The notes below the pieces were generated by a model that ran no database searches, had not been told where the DNA came from, and saw only the letters and a program-made list of their open reading frames with translations. Positions 39,618-53,031 of a stretch of DNA of 64,000 bases are shown piece after piece. The stretch covers positions 169,384,001 to 169,448,000 of the forward strand of contig OX597815.1 of the NCBI GenBank assembly GCA_951406725.2, given 5' to 3'. Made by a program: the position numbers and the translations under genes. The number at the start of each line of letters is the position of its first letter. Within the stretch, counting starts at the first letter, position 1. Origin of the DNA: Octopus vulgaris (Eukaryota).

Positions 39618-40476
39618 AAGGTGGCAAGCTGGCAGAATCGTCAGCATTCTGGACGAAATGCTTAGCGGTGTTTTGCTTGTTGCTAAGTTCTGAGTTCAAA
39701 TTCTGCAATGGTTTATTTTGCCTTGCATCCTTCGGGGTCGATAAATTAAGTATATAATCGACTCATCCCCACCTCCCCCAAGCTGCCCTTGTGGAAAAAA
39801 TTTGAAATAATAATAATAATAATAATAATTATTGTTAAGGTGGTGAGCTGTCAGAATTGTTAGCATGATAGATGAAATGCATAGCAGTATTTTGCCTGTT
39901 GCTACATTTTGAGTTCAAATTCTACTGAGGTCGACTTTGCCTTTCATTCCTTTGGGGGCGATAAATTAAGTACCAGATGCATACTGGTGTCAATCTAATA
40001 GACTGGCCCCTCCCCTCAAAATTTCAGGCCTTGTGCTTGTGCTTATGTTAGTATTATTATTATTAAGGCTGTGAGCTGCCAGAATCATTAGCATGCTGGA
40101 TTAAATGCTTAGCAGTATTTTGCCTGTCATTACGTTCTGAGTTCAAGTTTTGCTGAGGTTGATATTAATAATAATTTGGGGGTTGATAAATTAAGTACCA
40201 GTGAAACACTGGTACCATGTGGTTGGTAAGCAAGCTTCTTACCACATAGTCATGCCTGTACCTATATACTTAGATCCATGCAATAATTTACTGTGGTGCA
40301 CCATGCGCCTGTTCAGGCAATGTTGATTTGCTAAAGGGAGCGAGCTAATGTATGGCACATACATTTGATTACTATAAACGAATCCTTTGTGCAGGTTGTT
40401 AAACAAAAACTGAACACTCATATGTTATCTTTGACAGGAGAGTCCATCATAGAATGGTACCAAATGTTCTACTTAC

Positions 40477-40595
40477 TTTCGATGCAACAAGCATGAGGTC
40501 AGGCATTGACATGGTATGTACTAAGTTGCCATTGATAATGAGACGAATTTCAATAGATTCTTGGGTGAAAGCCATTACGTAAGGAAAGGCACAAA
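40477..40595 (-). CDS. GARNL3: GARNL3 coding exon
   Basis: ttccag / GTAAGT, 119 nt. VCAFPYVMAFTQESIEIRLIINGNLVHTMSMPDLMLVASK versus recalled VCAFPYLLAFTTDSMEIRLVVNGNLVHT. Confidence 0.94.
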
Positions 40596-40785
40596 CTGGA
40601 AGGAAAGCAAGAAAAAGAAAAAAAAAAATTTACAACACAAAATTACGATATTACGAAATAAGTGAAATCATAATAATTAGGAGTAAAATTTCTGTGTACA
40701 CTCTGTACATTATTTGAATTAGAATCTATATATTTATGTTAATTAAACACACACACACGCGCGCACGCGCAGACACACATACACA

Positions 40786-40819
<34 letters not shown>

Positions 40820-41105
40820 TGCATGCACACGCATGCGCATATATATATTAGCAGGAATACTATAAGAGTTACTCAGAGGCTTAGAGTTACATTCCATAGC
40901 ATTTTTCAAACATTTCAATAAGTGTTTGGCCTTCTGAGTAACGCCTTTCATATACTCAACTATGGTAAATTTAGATGTCGAGTTTTCTTTTCCCCATTTG
41001 CAAAGCCACCAAATGTACACACACACACATACACGTACACACATACACATATGCACATACACATGCACATTCAACAGATTCATGTATAATTATAATTGAT
41101 CTTAC

Positions 41106-41186
41106 CAACTGTTTGAGGTTCTGAGTTCCACTGAAAATACATATCTTGAACAGTTTCTTCACGGAGTTTTTGAAAATGACTGATAT
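41106..41186 (-). CDS. GARNL3: GARNL3 coding exon
   Basis: ccatag / GTAAGA, 81 nt, phase 1/1. HISHFQKLREETVQDMYFQWNSEPQTV. Confidence 0.9.
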
Positions 41187-41255
41187 CTATGGAAAAAAAC
41201 AACAACACATAACATAGAAAAAGAAAATCGGAAATATATATATTTATGCATATTC

Positions 41256-41288
<33 letters not shown>

Positions 41289-41782
41289 TTATGTGTATAT
41301 ATTCTTTTATTCTTTTACTTGTTTCAGTCATTTGACTGTGTCCATGCTGGACAAATTGACCCCAGAACTCCTACTCCTCCCCTCCCTCCTCCTCCTCTCC
41401 CCCTACTCCCCCTCCTACTCCCCCCTCCTCCCCATCCCCTCCTCCTCATCGACCCCAGTTATGCACTGGGGTCGATGTAATCGGCTTAATCCGTGTCTGT
41501 CCTTGTTTGTCCCCTCTGTGGGTAGTAAAGAAATAGGTATGCATGTCTATGGAATGCTCAGCCCCTTGCATGTTAATTTCACAAGCAGGCTGTTCAGTTG
41601 ACTGAATCAACTGGAATACTCGTCGTCATAACCGATGGAGAGCCAGTTATGCATATGTGTGTATGTACCTGTCTAAATTGACACACAATATGTAATTGTT
41701 TAGCTCACTTTGTTTTTAAATCCTCTTGTGCTGTCAGTACAATGGGCAATGAGCCTTCTCCGAACAACCTGATTCTTTAGCT

Positions 41783-42516
41783 CAGTGATTCTAAATCAGG
41801 GCCCATATGGCCCCTGAGGGTTCATATAAGATATTTTTTGGGAGTCCATGTAACAAAATAGTAAACTGGGGATCCACAATACTATTTTTTTCGCTTGAGA
41901 TGTATTGATTGACAGGTGACGGTCGTTTAGAGAATGTGCAGGCTAAAACTACGCGCCTTCAGTGGTCAGTTAAGGTGAGACAGTGTCACATGACAACTTG
42001 CTGGGGCTGCCTGCTGGAGCCTAGCGGCAGATATTTAAAGGGAAAAATTTGACAAGTCAGTCAGTCACCGGCCGACACTCGCTGATGATACATCGAAGAG
42101 GCCAGGGAACAGAAAAAAGAAGAAAGAAGACATGCACCCAACACCAGAGTTGAAGACACCTCTGAAAGGGGGGCCCCGCCATGTCAAAACGGTAGAGGAG
42201 TAGGGGCCGAAACCGGACGTGATTCCTCCTGATCATGTCTTGAGTTAACTGGATCCTATAAAGGAGCTGTTGTGGTAGCAGACCAAGAAACACAGTTGTA
42301 ATTCCTTCCTGTATTGCAAAAAAAACAGCTAGGTTTCTTTCTCACACATTTTACATAGTTCAACCTATACAAGTGAATATGTGAAAAACAAAACAGGAAT
42401 TTTGAAAGAAGTTTCTATAAAACTAATTTTTAAACATTGAATGGCTATGGGGGTCCACCAAAATAAGATAGTAATCAAAGGGGTCCATAGATTAAAAAAA
42501 TGGTTGAGAACCCCTG
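41783..42516. mobile_element. hAT-like MITE interrupted by a ~400-bp insertion (about 41887-42290)
   Basis: cagtgattctaaatcaggg...aaaaatggttgagaacccctg, typical CAGGGGTTCTCAACC-type ends. Confidence 0.62.
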
Positions 42517-42568
42517 CAAACACGATAGAATATAAACAATGGCTGCATAGCAACAGCATGAAACCTAC

Positions 42569-42635
42569 GGTTATAACAGAGTAATAATTCAGGTTCATCA
42601 TCTTCGTAGATATCCAAAGCTGCCACCAAACTAAC
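42569..42635 (-). CDS. GARNL3: GARNL3 coding exon
   Basis: ttgcag / GTAGGT, 67 nt. VSLVAALDIYEDDEPELLLCYN versus recalled VNFVAAIDVYEDGEAGLLLCYN. Confidence 0.93.
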
Positions 42636-42919
42636 CTGCAAAACAAAAAAAAAAGATATATTTTGTTACTTGTCTGGCAATAAATTTGAAATCTGAGATT
42701 GAGAGTTGAGACTATGACAGTTTAACCATCGAGGGTACAGGGAAGGACAAACTCTAGACTCTTTCAACAACATCTAGACACATAGTGATATACATACTAA
42801 GGAAATACAACACATAAAGCTCTCTGTAATTATGAACTACAAACACACAGCTAAAAATGTCAGTCTCCTTAAAATTTTCAGTGTATTATATTATATTATT
42901 TTATACGTATGTATGTATG

Positions 42920-42950
<31 letters not shown>

Positions 42951-43127
42951 GTATGTATGTATGTATGTATGTGTGTGTGTGTGTGTGTATACATTTGTGT
43001 GTGTGTGTGTGTCCCTCCTTGTTTTTACATTGTAAGTAAACATCACTATCATACAAGTGGTGTCATTTCCAGTCTTCCTTGAAATCATCTAAAAACATGT
43101 CTGGACAATGGGAAACTGTTACTTTAC

Positions 43128-43159
<32 letters not shown>

Positions 43160-43161
<2 letters not shown>

Positions 43162-43360
43162 AAATAAAGAGGAATGACCACTAAAGTGGACACCCTATAT
43201 GCTAAACATAGATGTCAAATCACCATTACCACGAAGAATGTGTTCTCAAGAAAAAAAAGTTTTTTTTTTCTTGAGAACACATTGTTCATGGTAATGGTGA
43301 TTTGACGTCAATGTTTAGCATATAGGATGTCTACTTTAGTGGTCATTCCTCTTAATTTTG
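43160..43360. repeat. Long near-loopless palindrome (~100-bp arms)
   Basis: gaggaatgaccactaaagt...gttctcaagaaaaaaaagttttttttttcttgagaac...actttagtggtcattcctc. Confidence 0.9.
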
Positions 43361-43447
43361 TATGTAACACAATTTTTAATCTTTGGATTTTTTAAATATG
43401 CTAAGCCACTGGTTTTAATTGATTAACATCAATTTCTACCCTAATTA

Positions 43448-43484
<37 letters not shown>

Positions 43485-43489
43485 GTGTG

Positions 43490-43860
43490 TGTGTAGAACC
43501 CACTCTTGTGGATGGGTGCTACATGAGAATGCCGAGGATGGCTCTGAACATTAATCTGTATACACTGAGGATGAAGACCTCAGAGCTGTATGAGAGCCTT
43601 CCAATAGTTAACTTGAAAATAACACAGAAGAGACTGAGATTAGTTGGACATGCTCACTGTCATTCAGACTCAATACTGCACTCAGTGTTCCTGTGGGATC
43701 TCCTACATGGACACACTAGAAGAGGGAGACCAAGGATGTCATATGTTAATGCCCTAAGGGCACACACTGGTCTCTGAGAGACACAAGACATTTCAGTGAT
43801 GATGAGAGACAAAGACGGCTGGAGAGAACTTGTCCATGGATCTCGGGAATTTTACCTGCC
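43490..43860 (+). mobile_element. RTE-type LINE C-terminal fragment
   Basis: DGCYMRMPRMALNI...KRLRLVGH...RRGRP. Confidence 0.68.
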
Positions 43861-43882
43861 CTTGATATATATATATATATAT

Positions 43883-44197
43883 GTGGAGGCACAATGGCCC
43901 AATGGTTAGGGCAGTGGACTCGAGGTCATAGGATTGCAGTTTCGATTCCCAGACTGGGCGTTGTAAGTGTTTATTGAGCGAAAACACCTAAAGCTCCACG
44001 AGGCTCCGGTAGGGCGTGGTGGTGATCCTTGCTGTACTCTTTCACCACAGCTTTCTTTCACTCTTTCTTTTGTCTGTTGGCTTGCTCACTTAGTCAGCGG
44101 GATGGCGTCACTGAAGGCTAAAACAATGTGAAGCATATTGTGACCAGCGATGTGAAGCAACATCTGATGTGTTGGTCGATCATGTGATCATGTGATC
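43883..44197 (+). mobile_element. tRNA-derived SINE (another family; its tail is also at 1-95)
   Basis: TGGCCCAATGG / TTTCGATTCC boxes; gctaaaacaatgtgaagcatattgtgaccagc tail ending in tgatca repeats. Confidence 0.72.
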
Positions 44198-44221
44198 ATG
44201 TAACATATGTGTATATATATA

Positions 44222-44573
44222 CTAGCAGTATCGCCCGGCGTTGCTCAGGTTTGTAAGGGAAATAACTATAAAGCATTTTTAGAGAGTTATAGCCAAAAAA
44301 TGGAAATTTTTTTTTGAGAGTAAAAAAAGGTGGAGTTGCGTCCCCTAGACGGTTTGTGTTTCTGATTCTCGACCCCATGTCGAATTTATCGATTTTTTTA
44401 GAACTGGGGGAACTTTTCAAAATTTTCGCTGCGTTAGTTTTGAATTATGACATTGGGCTATGTGTGTGTCAAGTTTCATCAGAATCGGTTGAAAGCCGTG
44501 GTCAGGGTGAGGGTACAAGCAAACAGACACACAGAAACACGCACAGACAAACTGCCGTTTATATATAGAGAGA
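44222..44573 (-). mobile_element. Non-autonomous Helitron, same 3' end, different 5' body
   Basis: ctagcagtatcgcccggcgttgct terminus and TC start within (AT)n. Confidence 0.72.
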
Positions 44574-44970
44574 TATATAAATATATATATATGTGTGTGT
44601 GTTTGTATGTATAAATTGTGGAGTTTGTAAAATTGTACATAGATAAATAGATATATACTTTTTTGCAGTTTTACATATTCCAATATTACAAGTACTTTTA
44701 TTTTTTATAACAATCTTCAGGTTAATGTTCATGTAGTAGCATTAACAAACAGCTAATGTGCTTCACAATTGATATACATATACATATGATGGGCTTCTGC
44801 AGTTTCCATCAACCAATTTCACTCATGAGGTGTTTGTCATCCCAGGGATATATAATAGAAAATATTTACTGAAGATGCCATGATTGTGAAGTGGACTTAT
44901 TCACTACCCAACAATAATACAAAATTGCTGAAACAAGTAAACGAATACATTATTAATTATCAATACTTAC

Positions 44971-45120
44971 TCTATTGCCTTCAACATGGTAAAGTGGATG
45001 ACAATCTGCAGTCTTTTCATTGATCACAGTAAACTGATTTTTGTAACCAACACATATGTAGTTATCATCTTTACCATCCACTAACGTCAGAATGGAGGGG
45101 ACTTCAGCAGTATGTATCTC
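44971..45120 (-). CDS. GARNL3: GARNL3 coding exon
   Basis: ttgtag / GTAAGT, 150 nt. EIHTAEVPSILTLVDGKDDNYICVGYKNQFTVINEKTADCHPLYHVEGNR. Confidence 0.93.
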
Positions 45121-45243
45121 CTACAAACAGAAACACATTTAGTGAATGAATACACGATGGAAAGCTTCTAATGTAGTTTTTAATTTGTAAGAGGAAAATT
45201 TTTAAAAGTATAAAATACAATATAATAATCAATAATTACAGTA

Positions 45244-45357
45244 ATTACAGCAAGCCCCAACCACCTTATCTACAACAACAACAACAACAAATATTACATA
45301 ATTACAGCAAGCCCCAACCACCTTATCTACAACAACAACAACAACAACAAATATTAC
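45244..45357. repeat. Tandem duplication (60-bp period) containing the exon donor site
   Basis: aattacagcaagccccaaccaccttatcta(caa)n atattac occurs twice. Confidence 0.9.
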
Positions 45358-45521
45358 CTGAACAAAACTAAATCTATCAACAGGCTCGAATTCAATTTTG
45401 GGGCACCAGCTAGTAAATGTTACAAGATGTTTCCAAGAGTAGAGCACTATTTTCCTGGAGACTGCAACTGCTAGCCGTAAAGGATATTCACATTGTCGAC
45501 TAATGGCATATAAGTGGCAAC
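45358..45521 (-). CDS. GARNL3: GARNL3 coding exon
   Basis: ttgcag / GTAATA, 164 nt. GCHLYAISRQCEYPLRLAVAVSRKIVLYSWKH...FSFVQ, containing the CNH-domain KGCHLYA motif. Confidence 0.93.
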
Positions 45522-45721
45522 CTGCAAATGTAAAAGAGTGACAAAGTTGAACTGACATCAAAACATGCACGCACACACAGACACACACACACACACACAC
45601 ACACACACATCAGTCTTGACAAGAGAAATTCAACAGGTGAACTTTTAGTGAAGGTAACTGAAGGCAGTGATGATGGCTGCTGCCTGGCCTAAGCTGAGCA
45701 GCACAATTTTTTGTGATTATA

Positions 45722-45931
45722 TGAGGGAGTGCTGAAAAGTTCCTGGTTTTAAGGGCATCTTGAAAGGCCTTGTTGGAGGCCTAAAACCTTCTGAGATCTT
45801 TTACAGGACTTAGAAAAAATTGAAGGACTGCTGTTATAATTGTGTGAATCTAAGAGGGGAATGTATTGAATAAAATCATAATTAATTAATCCTTCTGTAT
45901 TTTATTTCATCCGAAGCTAGGAACTTTTCAG
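45722..45931. mobile_element. Mariner-derived MITE
   Basis: gagggagtgctgaaaagttcctgg / ctaggaacttttcag. Confidence 0.65.
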
Positions 45932-47052
45932 ATGGTTTTGGGACTGGTAAAACTTTATGGCTGAAACTCAAGATTCTGATTTTAGGACCATACTGCTCTG
46001 TGGCATTTCATAAAAATGTTATTTTTCTAGGTTTTTCAACCTAAGAACCCAACACAAGCTAAACGGTGGGTGTTCAGGGATTCAGTGTCCAATGAGTAAA
46101 TATTACACATGAAGCTTATATAACAACAGAACTAATGATTTAAAAGAAGGTGGTGAGCTGGCAGAAACGTTAGCACGTCGACTGAAATGCTTAGTGGTAT
46201 TTCGTCTGTCTTTGCGTTCTGAGTTCAAATTCCGCCGATAAAAATGAAAAATTTACAAAGTAAAAATAACTTAAGGGTAATGTAAAAGAATATGTACAAA
46301 TTACCATTGACTACATTGTCCTACTTTGTAAATTTACTTTGTATTTACTTTTTAAATTTTTATCATTCATATCATTTGTAAATTTTCTTTTTGCATTTCA
46401 TCATTCGTACTATAGTTTTTATTCGAAAATATTTATTTGTCATTGCTTCCATTTTTATTTGAATATATTTATTTGCCATTGCCTTCATTTTATATCATCA
46501 CAAGAATATATTTTACTTAATTTTATTTTTATCCCTATATATTATATATTTTATTTTTTTGTTATCCCTATATATTATTAATTTTATATGAATGTTTATA
46601 GACATAAGTTATGTGAGAACATAGTTTTTGTAAATTTTTATTTTTTATTCGCATTTTTATTTGTTATTTTTATTTGTTATTTTTTATTTGAATTAAATTA
46701 TGGCATGCACAGTAAGGTGTATTTACACATACACATACTTATATGTTTAAAATTAAAATATAGTTTTTAGTATCAAACTATGATGAAGTTATTTAGAGGC
46801 CTGATGATTGGGGTTACATTTTAAGAAAGGTTCCTGTAAAACAAGGCATGCTTAAAGAACCGTAAAATGAACCTCAAGAAACACGTGTAGCCGAGATATG
46901 AGTAGTAAGTATTAAATAAATTAAAATACTTTTATATGGTGGGATGAAGGGGACTACCATCTCTAAATAAAAGAAAATATATTTCCTTATTGAGAATAAT
47001 TTGAACCCCTGTGATGCTGGAATTCTTATTCCCTAACAAATAAAATAATATA

Positions 47053-47098
<46 letters not shown>

Positions 47099-47534
47099 TA
47101 TACGACAGGCTTCTTTCAGTTTCAGTCTACCAAATCGGCTCACAAGGCTTTGGTTGGCCCAAGGCTATAGTAGAAGACACTTGCCCAAGGTGCCACACAG
47201 TGGGACTGAACCTGGAACCATGTGGTTCATAAGCAAGCTACTTACCACACAGCCGCTCCTACGCTTATCCAGATTTTCAAAGCACTTGCACTGAGAGTAC
47301 AAGTCTCCCCCTTGAATGAGACCACAGGTACTCATTTTCAGCTGAGTACACTGGAGCAACATAAAATGAAGTACCTTATATAAAGGATACAGCACACTGC
47401 CTGCTCAAAGAATCAAACCCATAACTTAACAGCCTCACTATTAGGCCATGCCATTCACTCCAAATATTCAATGTATAAATTAATTAATTATTTATATGCT
47501 GCAATATTGAACAAATGAAATACCTGATATTTAC

Positions 47535-47648
47535 CTTTTGTACCTTCAAGTCGATTGTCCTTGCAGTCAGATTTAGATTTTACGACAAACTCATTTTCCA
47601 CACCTTCAAAGTCACTTAACCTAAATACATAAACTTTACCATCTTTTC
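47535..47648 (-). CDS. GARNL3: GARNL3 coding exon
   Basis: ttttag / GTAAAT, 114 nt. GKDGKVYVFRLSDFEGVENEFVVKSKSDCKDNRLEGTK versus recalled GKDARLFVFRLS...KSRSDCRENKLEKTK. Confidence 0.93.
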
Positions 47649-48280
47649 CTAAAATATAAAGAAAGTATGAACAAATGTATTATATATATATATATATATG
47701 TGTGTGGTTTCTAAAACATCAAAAACACATTTAAAAAAAGAACATGGCAAGATATCTTTTATTGATTTCTTATCCACAAATATACATATTTGTGTGTGAA
47801 TGTGTGTGTGAGTGTATATACTATATATATATATATACACACATACATACACACATAGTAAAATGAGGCATGGGAGGATGATGAAGGAACATACACAAAA
47901 CAGGAAAAGACAGCTATTCTTCATTTCACTCCTCATCAGTTATTGATAAAAAGAATCATTACAATCTTGACACCTTATCTCTAATATTGTTCAATTTGGT
48001 GGTGTCAACAACAGAAGCTGGTGGGTTATAAATACAGGAGCATGAAGAAAAAATTGAGACAGGTATGAAAAAAAAAAAAAACCAACAATGTCTGTAGGCC
48101 GAACTGTAAAAAGGACAAGTTATTAGGAGAATGAGAAAATATATAAAATAAAAAAAGCAAGGACAGTAATGAAAAAATAAACATATAATAAATGATGCAA
48201 GTGTTTTATTATACAGAAAGCCTTTTGGCTATTTGACAAAATCAAGACAAAACACGCAAAAGAATATAGTCATGCATATA

Positions 48281-48334
<54 letters not shown>

Positions 48335-48397
48335 CATATAAGTACACACACACACACACATATATACATACACATATATATACACACATATACATAT

Positions 48398-48456
<59 letters not shown>

Positions 48457-49098
48457 TATACATATACATTATATATATATATATATATATATATCTCCTA
48501 CTTCCTCCCTTCCCTCACCTAACTCTTGTATTGTTGGTGTTTACTTACCTCCACTTCCTCACCCATTCCCCATCTCTCACCCACCACTCTCCTGCAACCT
48601 CCATCCACCCACTTCTGGCCCCTCTGTCCCACCCATTCCTACCTGTGTTGTACCTTGAAGATTGACCCTGACCCCTCACCACAACTATTTTTCCTGCTTT
48701 CCAGCTCTGCTCAGTCATTCCCACCCTCTCTTCTAAAATGTAAGTAGTCATGTAGCTACCCTACAGCATGAAACCTGTTCTACTGTGGCACTGTTTGCCA
48801 TACTTTTCCTCATCTCCTAGCATATAACTTCACTGGGGCACATAGTCTTGCAAGCTGAAAGGCAACCTCACTAGTGCTGGTGACACAAAAAGCATCAACT
48901 ACATGATATAAAGTAGTTGGTATTAGAAAGAGCATTCAGCCATAGAAACCATACCAAGGCAAGCATTGGAGCATGATGCAGTTCTTAGATCTATTGAATT
49001 CTGTCAAACAAACTAATATTTGCTAGTATGGATAAATTGGTATTAACCCTTTAGCATTCAAATTAATCAGTCAAATATAATGCTAATTTATTTACATA

Positions 49099-50228
49099 CA
49101 GTAACACCACACTTAGTGGAGGCGCGTGGTTTAGGGGTTAGGGTGTCAGCATCATGATCGTAAGATTGTAGTCTTGATTCCTGGACCGGGTGACACGTTG
49201 TGTTCTTGAGCAAAACACTTCATTTCACATTGCTCCAGTCCACTTAGCTGGCAATAATGAGTAACACTGTGATGGACTGGAGTCCCATCCAGCTAGAGAA
49301 CACATATGTCATTGAAACCGGGAAATCAGGCCCATGAGCCTGGCTAGGCTTTAAAAAGGGCGCATTAATTTCTTTTATTTATTTAATACCACACTTTACG
49401 AGGACCCACTTTCGGAGACCCTGGGTTTATGAGTTTTATTTTTCAGCTCACTTTTGTATGGTGAGCTGAAAATTTTTAAGCACAAGATCCAAATTTTGAA
49501 CGATGGGCAAAAGTTTCTGCTACCATAATGTGTTCCTGAGAAATTTATAGAGAGTGATAAAAAGCTTCTTTTAAGCAAACAACTCCAGACTTATATATTT
49601 TTTCAACACATAAATACTGAACAGTATATATAAAGGATATATGTAAGAGCAGAAAAATTTGAGCAGCAACCAGCCTTGCCGACAAATTTTTCTACTCTTA
49701 TTTATAATAAATAGAAAAGCAAAAACGAATTTTATCCTTCATATATACAGTTCAGAATTTATATGTTGAAAAAATATAATTTTCTACTTGTTCTACAATA
49801 CATTTCAATGCTTTAAAAACAAACTTATGTTTGTTTACATATGACAAAAACTCTAGACTTGTTTTTTTAAAAAAAATCTACAAGTCCATCAACAAGTGCT
49901 AGTAAATCAGCAATCACTTCTACAAGTGATGGTGCACGTGAGTCTAGGACGAATGAAAGTGATTTAGAAGAAAATGATTATAATAATATTTTTGTTATAA
50001 ATGATCTTGACATTCTTTTTACTTTACATAAAATACTCTTTACATTGTACTGTTGATTTATTGCCATTTATTTATGAGTATTATAAATTTAATAGGTAAG
50101 ATATTTTTCTGGAAATGAATTACGATTTATAACATTGCTACTATGGGAAATTATTGCTCTGCTTAATGAATTTTCACTTTATGAGTGGTCTCTGGGAACA
50201 AATTAATTTGTGTATCGAGGTGTTACTG
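49099..50228. mobile_element. Tigger/pogo-like non-autonomous element inside a piggyBac MITE, with a SINE in its left end
   Basis: TA|CAGTAACACC ... GAGGTGTTACTG TIR. SINE at about 49115-49387 flanked by duplicated accacactt. Confidence 0.72.
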
Positions 50229-51730
50229 AATAATGCTAAATTATACACATTGCTTTGAAATTAATCATACACTATCTTGTAGCTTTGAGATTTCAATGAT
50301 GCATTTGTTTGCTTTTAGAATGACTTTGCAGGATAGTTGTGAGAGGCCTGATCTGGTCAGTTTCAACATAGAACAGGTAGAATATTTGGGCCTGATATGG
50401 TCAGTTTGAATGCTAAAGGATTAAATGATAAGGATGATTCCATCACTTTATTAAGGTTAAGTAAAATAATTCACATAGGCACAGGCATGGCTGTGTGGTA
50501 AGAAGCTTGTATCCCAACCACCTGCTTCTAGGTTCAGTCCCACTGCATGGCACCTGGGGTAAGTGTCTTCTACGACAGACTTGGGCCAAACAAAGCCTTA
50601 TGAGTGTATTTGGTTGACAGAAACTGAAAGAAGCGAGCTGGCAGAAACGTTAGCACGCCAGGCGAAATGCAGAGCCATATTTTGTCTGCCGTTACGTTCT
50701 GAGTTCAAATTCCACCAAGGCCGACTTTGCTATTCATCCTTTCAGGGTCGATTAAATAAGTACCAGTTACGCACTGGGGTCGATGTAATCGACTTAACCC
50801 CTTTGTCTGTCTTTGTTTGTCCTCTCTATGTTTAGCCCCTTGTGGGTAATAAAGAAATAAGAAACTGAAAGAAGCCCGTCGTGTATATATATATCTATGT
50901 ATGTGTGTCTTTGTGTCTGTGTTTGTCCCCCACCACTGCTTGACAACTGGTGTTGGTGCATTGTTGTCCCTGTAACTTAGTCATTCAGCAAAAGAGACTG
51001 ATGGAATAAGTACTTCTTAAAAAAATAGAAGTACTGGGGTTGATTCATTTGACTAAAAATTCAGGGCAGTGCCCCAGCATGGCTGCAAGCTGTTGACTAA
51101 AATGAAGTAAACGATACAAGATTATTGAAGATGTGAATGAAGATCAATGGCTTTCAAACCATTTTTTGCCTATAGATCCCTTGGTTTCTATTTTAATCTA
51201 CTTGACCTCCATATCCTTTTCTATTCTAGGCACAAGGCCTGAAATTTTTGGGGAGGGGGGCAGTCGATTAGATCGACCCCAGAACGCAACTGGTACTTAA
51301 TTTATCAACTCCAAAACCATGAAAGGCAAAGTTGACCTCAGTGGAATTTGAACTCAGAACGTAAAGACAGACGAAATACTGCTAAGCATTTCGTCTGGTG
51401 TGCTAACATTTCTGCCAGATCACTGCCTTACTTGACTTCTATATCCATTTGATGTATATAAAAAAACAATCCTATTCTATTTTTTTATTATCAAATATTA
51501 CTAAGAGTTGTAAAAAAAAAAAAAAGAAATTAACGTATCTTGTGTATTGTAGAAGTTTAAGAAGTTTATGGCACATAAATTTTAACAACAAATGTAAGTG
51601 TGTATTCTGACTCTTCAATGTATGCAGATACTTTTACAGCTATGCACATTTCTGAAGATGAGCATAAAAATACAGACAGAAAACGCACACACACACACAC
51701 CACACACACACACACACACAAACGCATGCA

Positions 51731-51785
<55 letters not shown>

Positions 51786-52144
51786 ACTCGCTCACTCTGC
51801 TTAAATACCAATCTTGAGAAATTAAGCTTCTCAAAACCAGAAAGGAGAAAGCTGATTACAGATCCAAGCCATCACTGGAACTGTAAAAATTTGTAAAACT
51901 TACCAGAAGTTTATTATTTAAGTATATATGAGTATGTCTAGATTTGTAAGTATATGCATGAGAATATATAAATAAAACAAAACATACAAATCTGCATGTA
52001 TACATACATACATACAAAAATATTTTGTTGATGTAACTGAAATTGCAATGAAGGAGCCATGGATCTAGGTTGGAAACTGGCTCTTTCTCTATTGGCAAGA
52101 AATCTTGAAATGAAACTGAATAATAACACACACATATATATATA

Positions 52145-53031
52145 CAAGGTGCGGTGAATAAACTGTTGTCTAAATTACGCAAAATTGAAAAGAACACTGA
52201 CATCACATTTTAACAGATATATTTATCAAAATTACATAAAAATATCTTGAAATGCTAAAGAGTAAATTTATTCCATAAAATTGCATTGGCTTCAACCACA
52301 GCCTCCAGACGGTTTTGGAATCTCTTGCAACTCTTTTAGATGGTCTCTTTGCTTAAGTTGGTGAATACTGCCATAATTCTTGCCTTCACTTCATCTTTGG
52401 TGTTACAAGGAGTTTTGCTGGTCTCTCACTCAACTGTGCCCCACACATAATAATCAAGTGGGTTGCAGTCTGGGGAGTTAGGTGGCCAAATGTTAGGGGT
52501 CATGTGGTTGCAGAAATTGTCTGACAGCCATGACTGGGTTCTCCTGCTTATGTGGCATGGTGCAGAGTCCTGCTACCAGACATAGGATCTTCCAGCAGCC
52601 ACCCTCTTGACCCAGGGCAGCACTACCTCCTCCAGGCACTTGTAGGCCTCAGTGTTGAGTTTGAGGCCGTATAGGAAGATGAATGGAAGTATACCGTCAC
52701 CATCACTAGTGATCACTCTAAATACCATGATGTTGATTGGATGTTTGATTTTTATCACTTTCAGTACATGTCCTCATATTGCACTGTCCTCAGAATGACA
52801 CCTAAATACTTTGAAATGTTCATATTGGAGTTTCTGGTGTGAATGCCAAACAGTACAGCATGTTGTTTCCAAATTTCTGACAGAATGAATTGTGTCATGG
52901 TGCTATTTTTCTCACAGACAGTGCCCAACTGATCCTACTATATTGTGTAGTCAACAAAATTAAAAACAAAAAATGTGCATGCACAAAATAAAAAATATAA
53001 AATGGTGACAATTTACCCATCGCACTCTTGA
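52145..53031 (-). mobile_element. Internally deleted DD37D (maT) Tc1/mariner-superfamily transposon
   Basis: Minus strand W*QDSAPCHISRRTQSWLSDNFCNHMTPNIWPPNSPDCNPLDYYVW has exactly 37 aa between the last two Asp. Imperfect TA-flanked TIRs. Confidence 0.85.

Noticed and set aside
41365-41450. Proline/leucine-rich ORF
   Set aside because: Low-complexity (CCT)n tract between SINE fragments.
42082-42100. CTGATGA...CGAAG possible hammerhead
   Set aside because: No convincing stem II or GAAA, and no second copy to support it.
51808-51880. Exon-like segment on the minus strand (ttacag...GTATTT)
   Set aside because: Stops in all three frames, and GARNL3 homology is continuous without it.
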